29,336 nt of DNA, from positions 1 through 29,336 of the forward strand of contig NW_021835586.1 in the NCBI RefSeq assembly GCF_006345805.1, written 5' to 3'. The translations under genes and the position numbers were made by a program. A model generated the notes under the pieces. It saw nothing but the letters and a program-made list of their open reading frames with translations. It was not told where the DNA came from and did not search any database. This document shows positions 21,820 through 29,336 of this stretch, piece by piece; the stretch's first letter is position 1, and each line of letters starts with the position of its first letter. Origin of the DNA: Octopus sinensis. Taxonomy: Eukaryota.

Positions 21820-22011
21820 CCAGCGTTACTCAAGAAACAGGAAGAGAGACTGAGAGAAAGTTGTGGCGAAAGAGTACAACAGGAGTCGCCACCACCCCCT
21901 GCCGGAGCCTCGTGGAGCTTTTTGGTGTTTTCGTTCAATAAACACACACAGTTCCCAGTCTGGGAATCGAAACCGCGATTAACCGACGCGAGTCCGCTGC
22001 CCTAACCACTG
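21820..22011 (-). mobile_element. SINE family C copy, 3' part replaced by the foldback element
   Basis: Reverse complement of 5350-5520 (CAGTGGTTAGGGCAGCGGACTCGCG...AGCTCCACGAGGCTCCGG). Confidence 0.85.
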
Positions 22012-22699
22012 TTTTCATAATCCTCAGTATATCTACCGAGTTTTATATCCTTCTCTATACATTTATCTAACAGACAATCAGTTTAGCCTTTCTTCTCCTT
22101 GCTAGTCTATATCTACGCCTATTTGCTTGTCTCAATACCAGCTTACATTCAATTCAGCTACATAGCTTCATAGCTACCTAGCTACGTGGCTGTACTTCCA
22201 TAGCTAGCTACCACCTACTGACAACTACTGCAAATGGCGGCACAGATTGCACATGAAAGAGAATTTAAAGTGATTTTTCTAGTATTTTCTCTGCAAGGCA
22301 GAGCGTATAATGTGTGAACGTACAACATATGTCTCTAGCCTTGTACCAGATTACCTTTCTTCCATTATGCGCTGATTTGCCTCTTTGTTCATTTCTAACC
22401 CAATCTTTCTTGATATACACAATAAGTAAAGGTACATTTTATTTTTTCCGCCATTGATGGCTTTTGCAGACGACATTATGTTTCGGCGTAATTGACCGGG
22501 TTTTATTTTTTTTCTCTGGATTTCTTTCATTTCTTTCGTCTTTTTGGTTGTTTTTTTTTTAATTTTTTTTATATATATTGTGAAGCGAATTGGTTTCGTT
22601 TTACTGACATTTTTCATTATTTCACTCTGTCTTTTATTTGACTATTCTTTTTAAGAACTTCTCCTTCTCTTTGGCACATACAGATATAAGTCTGCACGC

Positions 22700-23039
22700 A
22701 CATTTACACACACACACATATTTATATATATATATTATATGTATGTATGTATATGAATATACATATGCATGTTATATGTACATATACTCATATATATATA
22801 TATATATGTGTGTGGTGTGTGTGTGTGTGTGTATGTGTAAATATATACATATGCATTTAACATATACTTATATTCATATAAATATATATATGGGAGGTTA
22901 CATATATACATGTATCTATGTATGTATATGTATATATATATGTGTGTGTGTGTGGATGTATAAATATATATATATGCATGTATGTATATATAAATATATA
23001 TGTATATATATATATACATATATATACATACAAACACAA

Positions 23040-23076
<37 letters not shown>

Positions 23077-23209
23077 CATGCACATATATATATACGTATA
23101 CACATACACATCTATACATACATCTATTTGTTTAGTTTTGTTGCTGGAAGAAGAAGACTTAGTAACATTAACAGTGGCGGTGGTGATGGCGGCGATGGAT
23201 GGTTGTAGT

Positions 23210-23248
<39 letters not shown>

Positions 23249-23255
23249 TAGTAGT
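22700..23255. repeat. (AT)/(GT)/(CA) and (GTA)n tracts
   Basis: Direct inspection. Confidence 0.9.
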
Positions 23256-23509
23256 AGTCAGTCTGTGACGAGGAGGGGGCCAATGAAACGGAGAATAAAA
23301 AGACAGCTAAAATAATACCAAAAAAAAAAGAAATTGTAAAAGTTTAAATAGAAAGCAAAAACAAAAACACACACGTAAAAAAAAAGAAGACATTTTGATT
23401 CTAACGGAAAGAAAAATTTAAGAAATCGTGAAAGTAAATAAAAATAATTTTTTTTAAATGGGGTGTGACGGAGAAGATAATACGATTAAAGCGTTTGTCC
23501 ACTACAACA

Positions 23510-23662
23510 TCAATAATAAAAATAATAATAATAATAATAATAATAATAGTAGTAGTGTAGTAGTAGTAGTGTAATAGTAATAATAATAATGATAATAATA
23601 ATAATAATAAAATAATAATAGTAATAATAATAATAATAATAATGATCATGATGATGATGATG

Positions 23663-23708
<46 letters not shown>

Positions 23709-23721
23709 GAATAATAGATAA

Positions 23722-23758
<37 letters not shown>

Positions 23759-23761
23759 TTT

Positions 23762-23854
<93 letters not shown>

Positions 23855-24540
23855 GTAATGTTGGTTTGGCAATAACAACAACGTGAATAGCTTCAGCATT
23901 AGTAATATTGAGAACAACAAGAATATCAATGTGAATGATGTAAATTAGAACGACGCTTATGTCAACAATAACAACGTTGGCAACAACAGCATCACTAATA
24001 ACGTCAACAAATAGAAACAATAATAACAGCAGTAAAAACAACAACAACAATAACAACAACAACAACATCATCAGCATCATCAATAACAACAGCAGCAACA
24101 TCGCCAATAATATCAACAGCAACAACAGCAACAACAATAATAACAAAAGCAACAACAGCAACAACAACAACAACAACAACAGTAATAACAATACTAACAA
24201 CAGCAACAACAATAATAACAATAAAAACAACAACAACAACAACAACAGTAATTACAATAAAAACAACAACAACAACAATAATAGCTACAAAAGCAACAAC
24301 AACAACAAGCAGCAGCAGCAGCAGCAGCAACAACAACAATAACGACAGCAACAACAACAACAAGAATAACCAACACACGTAACAACAGAGACAACAGCAA
24401 TAACAATAGCAACAAGAACAGAAACAACAACAACAACAATATCAACAACAGCAACATCACTAACATCAACTGCAACATGAACATCAACATCAGCATCAAC
24501 TACAACAACAAAAACAACAGGGACAACAACAACAACAACA
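23510..24540. repeat. (AAT)/(GAT)n followed by (AAC)/(AGC)n trinucleotide tracts
   Basis: Direct inspection. Confidence 0.9.
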
Positions 24541-24624
24541 TGAAGAATGAGAATGTGACGGAGCTTCTGTATTGTAAATCGACCTGTTAAAAGCAATAGT
24601 CAAACCCCCACCTCAGTTTCAGAT

Positions 24625-24840
24625 TGGTTTCAAATTTTGGCACAAGAACCAATGGTTTCGAGGGAGTGGTTGAGACGTTTACACCGACCCCAGTACAGAG
24701 CTGGTACTTATTTATCGACCCCGAAAGGACGAAAATCAAAGTCGACCTCGGCAGAATTTGAACTCAGAACATAAAGACAGACGGAATGGCGCAAAGTCTT
24801 TTGCCCAGCGTGCTACCAATTCTGCACCGCACTTGCCTTA
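24625..24840 (-). mobile_element. SINE family A copy
   Basis: TGGTTTTCAAATTTTGGCACAAG tail, AAAGTCGACCTCGGCAGAATTTGAACTCAGAAC core, GCCTTA head end. Confidence 0.85.
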
Positions 24841-24862
24841 AATGACCCTTTCTTTTAATATT

Positions 24863-25020
24863 AATGGTTTTTGAAGTGGGGAAGAGAGCCAGCTGTTTTG
24901 AGCGTAGGAAGTTGGTCGATTATGTAGATCCCCAGTATATTACTGCTATCTTTTTTATCCATCTCTAATGGATGAAGTGTAAAGATGATTGCGACGTGAT
25001 TATAACTGAGAACCTGAAGG
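24863..25020 (-). mobile_element. Highly diverged SINE family A copy
   Basis: GTCGATTATGTAGATCCCCAGTA...GGATGAAGTGTAAAG...AACTGAGAAC weakly matches A. Confidence 0.5.
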
Positions 25021-25190
25021 TTAATGTGTTTGTGGGATGGTCTCCGCTGGAATATGTCATGCGTAACAGACTTGCTGGATCATAGCCGGCCTGGTGCTAA
25101 ATAACAATGGCAAGCAGTAACTGTAATAATCATAACTATAACAACAACAACAACAAAAATGAGAAGCAAAATGTCAACAGTTACATTAAT

Positions 25191-26253
<1,063 letters not shown>

Positions 26254-26395
26254 AACAAGAGCACTTAGAGAGTGCAAACTTCCGCCAAGGTAACTCCAAC
26301 GTCCTCTCAACGATTGGCCTGAGATGATTTTTAAAATGAGAATATCTGAAATAAATTTGGCTGCTCTCACAACCGAGAATACTAAAAATGAACCC
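26254..26395 (-). mobile_element. Partial second Helentron/DINE-like element
   Basis: Shares AACAAGAGCACT.AGAGAG..CAAAC.TC.GCCAAGG and GAGATGATTTTTAAAATGAGAATATCTGAAATAAA with 25191. Confidence 0.75.
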
Positions 26396-26399
26396 GACC

Positions 26400-26521
26400 G
26401 CAGGGAAGAAGCAGGGGGGAGGGATCGGTGAAGAAACAGGAAGAGGAAGCGTGGAAGAAGCAGGGGGGAGGAAGCGGTGAAGAAACAGGAAGAGGAAGCG
26501 GGGAAGAAGTAGGAGGAAGAG
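26400..26521. repeat. Purine-rich ~49-bp tandem repeat (about 2.3 units)
   Basis: GGAAGAAGCAGGGGG.AGG...CGGTGAAGAAACAGGAAGAGGAAGCG repeated. Confidence 0.8.
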
Positions 26522-27289
26522 AATGTAAGCGATGTTAAACGAGGGTTGTTTATTCTGACGCCGGAATTGTTGTAAAGGAAAAGTATTCCTGTGAGACATA
26601 AGCGGCGAAAACGCAGGTGCTCTTTTCGCTCTTGTGGTTGTGTCTTCCATTTCTGCTGCTACTGTTGCTGATGGTGCTGCTGCTCTTTCTGTTGCTGAGG
26701 TTATCGGTGAAATGCTTTTGTTTGTTTGTTTGTTTGTTTTGCTATTGCTGCTACTGTTGCAATTAGTGTGATTGTGCAGTTGGAAATAAGGGAGGTGAGA
26801 ACTTCACCTCTTTGCTTGAAAACGGAAAGTCCTCAGGAGACAAGTGCTGCCGCATTTATAACACTTGATCCTCAGATCGAAAATATTTTGCATGGCTCTC
26901 AGAAGTGAGAACCAGTTGCACCTAGAGCGCAGGTGAACAGCTGTGCAACAACTGATAGCCTCTTAACTCTTCTCCAATATCGCGATGAAATATTTTATCT
27001 CATTTGCTAAAGTGGTTTAGTGTCAAATTGCTGTCCTTTATTGAATGACAGGGATCAATATTCATAAGAGGAGCATCTTTGTATTGTCTTAGTCTTATCC
27101 CTAAGATATAAACCACCATATTCTATTATTGTCATTCTATGCTAACATACAATATGGATCTTTATATATCCTTCATAAATTTTTGGGTATCTCCTGGGAT
27201 AGTGTTCTCAGCTCGTCTGGTTTTCCTGCCCACGCATCAAGAAATAATCTTCTAGGGCTTTTTTCCCCATTGCTGTCTGAGCAAACATA

Positions 27290-28088
27290 TTAGGTCGTAA
27301 TATGCAGTCTTTTAGATCCTGCCTCGATTTTTCTTCATCTACAAGCGTATGTTCCACCCCGGACACTGTAACTTCGCTGAAATATTTTGTTCTATTCACC
27401 AGTGTGGCGATGCTTGTGACAAAAGTTTTGCCTTTGGTAGTGGTGGATGAGTGATGGAGGCACTGCAACTATTTCTAGTTGACAGTTTTCTCCGTTGTTA
27501 GATATGCGCAGTTTCCAACATACCTAGTTTTGCACCCAACGTCCACTCCCACGAAGGAAATTCCACTCTTCGTTCCTCCCTAAATCTCCCACTCACAGCC
27601 CGCACACCACATCCCCAGGCAGCATATACATAGACTTCGAAAGCATCTTCCAATGGTGATATACCAATCTTGTCTTACGACAAGAAAATCACAAACGATC
27701 TTCCAATCAAGAAAACAGCATTACACGACACTCCTTATTATGAACAGCACTCGGTCATAACGCTCGCAATCGTTTCAAATACAAGAAGAGCATTTGTGGC
27801 TTTTTTGGGGTCCCACCAGCCAGTACGACCGAAGATTTCGCCGGGTAAAAGCTAGAGAAACGTCCAAACGAATAACCCTTCTCTTTAGGGCCGGAAGATA
27901 CTTCAACTCCTTAACAAAGCTTTGGTGATGCCCACAGTGGAGTATTGTTCTCATATCTAGAACACACATTCAGGTTAGAGCCATCCGGCTAACTGGTACG
28001 GTCAGTAACGGACATCTCCAGTTTCTGGCCCATGATTGCGCTGTCTTCTACTTCCGCTATTTCTATAGTTATTATAATGGTTGCTATG
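27290..28088 (+). mobile_element. Degraded CR1/Jockey-like LINE reverse-transcriptase region
   Basis: DFESIFQW*YTNLV; KARETSKRITLLFRAGRYF; KALVMPTVEYCSHI*; IQVRAIRL; LQFLAH...FYSYYNGC. The 5' boundary is approximate. Confidence 0.7.
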
Positions 28089-28563
28089 TTCAACAAGCAT
28101 TGAGTCAATGTTGCTGAAGGCTCAGTTACGCTGAACTAGTCATGCCAGCAGAATGACTGACAACCGTGTAACCAGACAGCTGTTGTACCGCAAGCTCAAG
28201 CAGGGTTTATGCAAATGTGGAAGACGTAAAGTGGGGTACACAGACACTCTGAAAAGTAACCTCAAATGGAGCGTCATTAGACCACGCGAACTCGAAGCCT
28301 CTGCCGCAGACAGATCAGCGTGGAGGTCTCTCACCTCACAAGCTGTAGCTGCCTTGGAAGAGGACTGGTGACAGCGTCTCGATGCTGCAAGAGAAAGATG
28401 TCGCAGGGAAACATCTACCCCAGTCCAGTCAACAGACTATCGCTGTGACATCTGTAGATTCCCGTGTGCTTCAAGCTTTGGACTGTGGAGTCACAGGCGC
28501 TCTCATCACTGAGAACACAGAATTTGTCAGCAACGGACACATTGGACTACCTACCATGATGAT
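28089..28563 (+). mobile_element. RTE-clade LINE 3' end with C-terminal C2H2 zinc finger
   Basis: SIESMLLKAQLR*TSHASRMTDNRVTRQLLY..L.QG....GR....YTDTLKSNLK...AADRSAWR...YRCDICRFPCASSFGLWSHRRSHH* (stop 28510-12); short 3'UTR. Confidence 0.85.
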
Positions 28564-28568
28564 CCCTG

Positions 28569-28871
28569 TGAGGTACATGGCCTAATGGTCTGGATGTTGC
28601 ACTCAAGATCACAGAATCGTAGTTTCAGTTCCTGGATCGGATGATGTGTTCTGTTCTTGAGCAAAACTCTTCATCTTATTTCATTCTAAGATCGCTTCAA
28701 CACCTGACACGTGGAAGATCGTGCACTTGAGTAACCAACGTCTATTTGCTGAAAGGATCGAATAAATGAAAGCACAAATATTTGATCGCTTCGAACAAAT
28801 CCCTTGTACACGTTGTTCAACAAGTAAAATGCAGAGCCGTCTTTCGCAGACGACAAGAGACTACCACCATC
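28569..28871 (+). mobile_element. Diverged tRNA-headed SINE (family D) with RTE-like tail
   Basis: TGGCCTAATGG A-box, GTTTCAGTTCC B-box-like motif, GTTCTTGAGCAAAAC segment; tail CGTCT-TTCGC-AGACG...GACTACCACCAT. Confidence 0.6.
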
Positions 28872-29102
28872 ACGGCCTCTGCTGCTAAATCAGGTTGACG
28901 GGATTTATACCATCTACACTCAAACATTCACAGCCGACCTGTATCTCAAACCCTCACACGCTTATTACGTTCATCGCCAGCATTCCGTTTTGAATATGTA
29001 CGCCCACACGTTTCACCTCAGATCGTCGACTTACCTATTGAATCTCTTACACATTCATGTCACTGCCATCGGCGTTAATTTACTAACATTCAAAACGAAC
29101 GT

Positions 29103-29105
<3 letters not shown>
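28872..29105 (+). mobile_element. CR1/Jockey-like LINE 3' continuation
   Basis: HGLC...; LNLLHIHVTAIGVNLLTFKTNV resembles the WN.LP..VFP...NL..FK.NV terminus. Confidence 0.5.
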
Positions 29106-29106
<1 letters not shown>

Positions 29107-29145
<39 letters not shown>

Positions 29146-29336
29146 TGTCTGTCTGTCTGTCTCTGTCTCTGTCTCTGTCTGTGTCTGTGTGTGTGTGTAT
29201 ACATGCATACATATATACATACATACATACATACATTCATACATGCATACATACAAATACATATGGATGATTATACAAACATATATATATAAGTGTGTGT
29301 GTATGTTTGTGTATACTTACATAAATATATTTGTAA
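29107..29336. repeat. (GT)n/(GTCT)n/(ATAC)n tract
   Basis: Direct inspection. Confidence 0.9.

Noticed and set aside
27208-27468. 86-aa minus-strand ORF
   Set aside because: Antisense to the degraded LINE RT region; no recognisable motif.

Overview
AT-rich, microsatellite-saturated animal non-coding DNA. It is very likely an octopus (Octopus sp.) intron or gene desert, judged from recalled SINE families and the density of (AT)n/(AAT)n/(GATA)n/(ATAC)n tracts. I find no supportable host protein-coding gene; nearly all listed ORFs are translations of simple repeats. The non-repetitive stretches are mostly mobile-element fossils: four tRNA-type SINE families (about 17 copies), R4/Dong, RTE, L1/Tx1 and CR1/Jockey-like LINE fragments, two mariner remnants, a Tigger/pogo-like MITE, two Helentron/DINE-like elements and a foldback element. 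The most interesting signals are RNA-structural. (1) A Penelope-like remnant carries a hammerhead ribozyme with an intact catalytic core and an unusually long stem II (2210-2299). (2) Two decayed copies of a second hammerhead family lie on the minus strand (~7805-7850, ~18581-18630). (3) A TSD-flanked, headless RTE-like element occupies 3428-3776. All family names come from manual translation and motif recall, not database searches.
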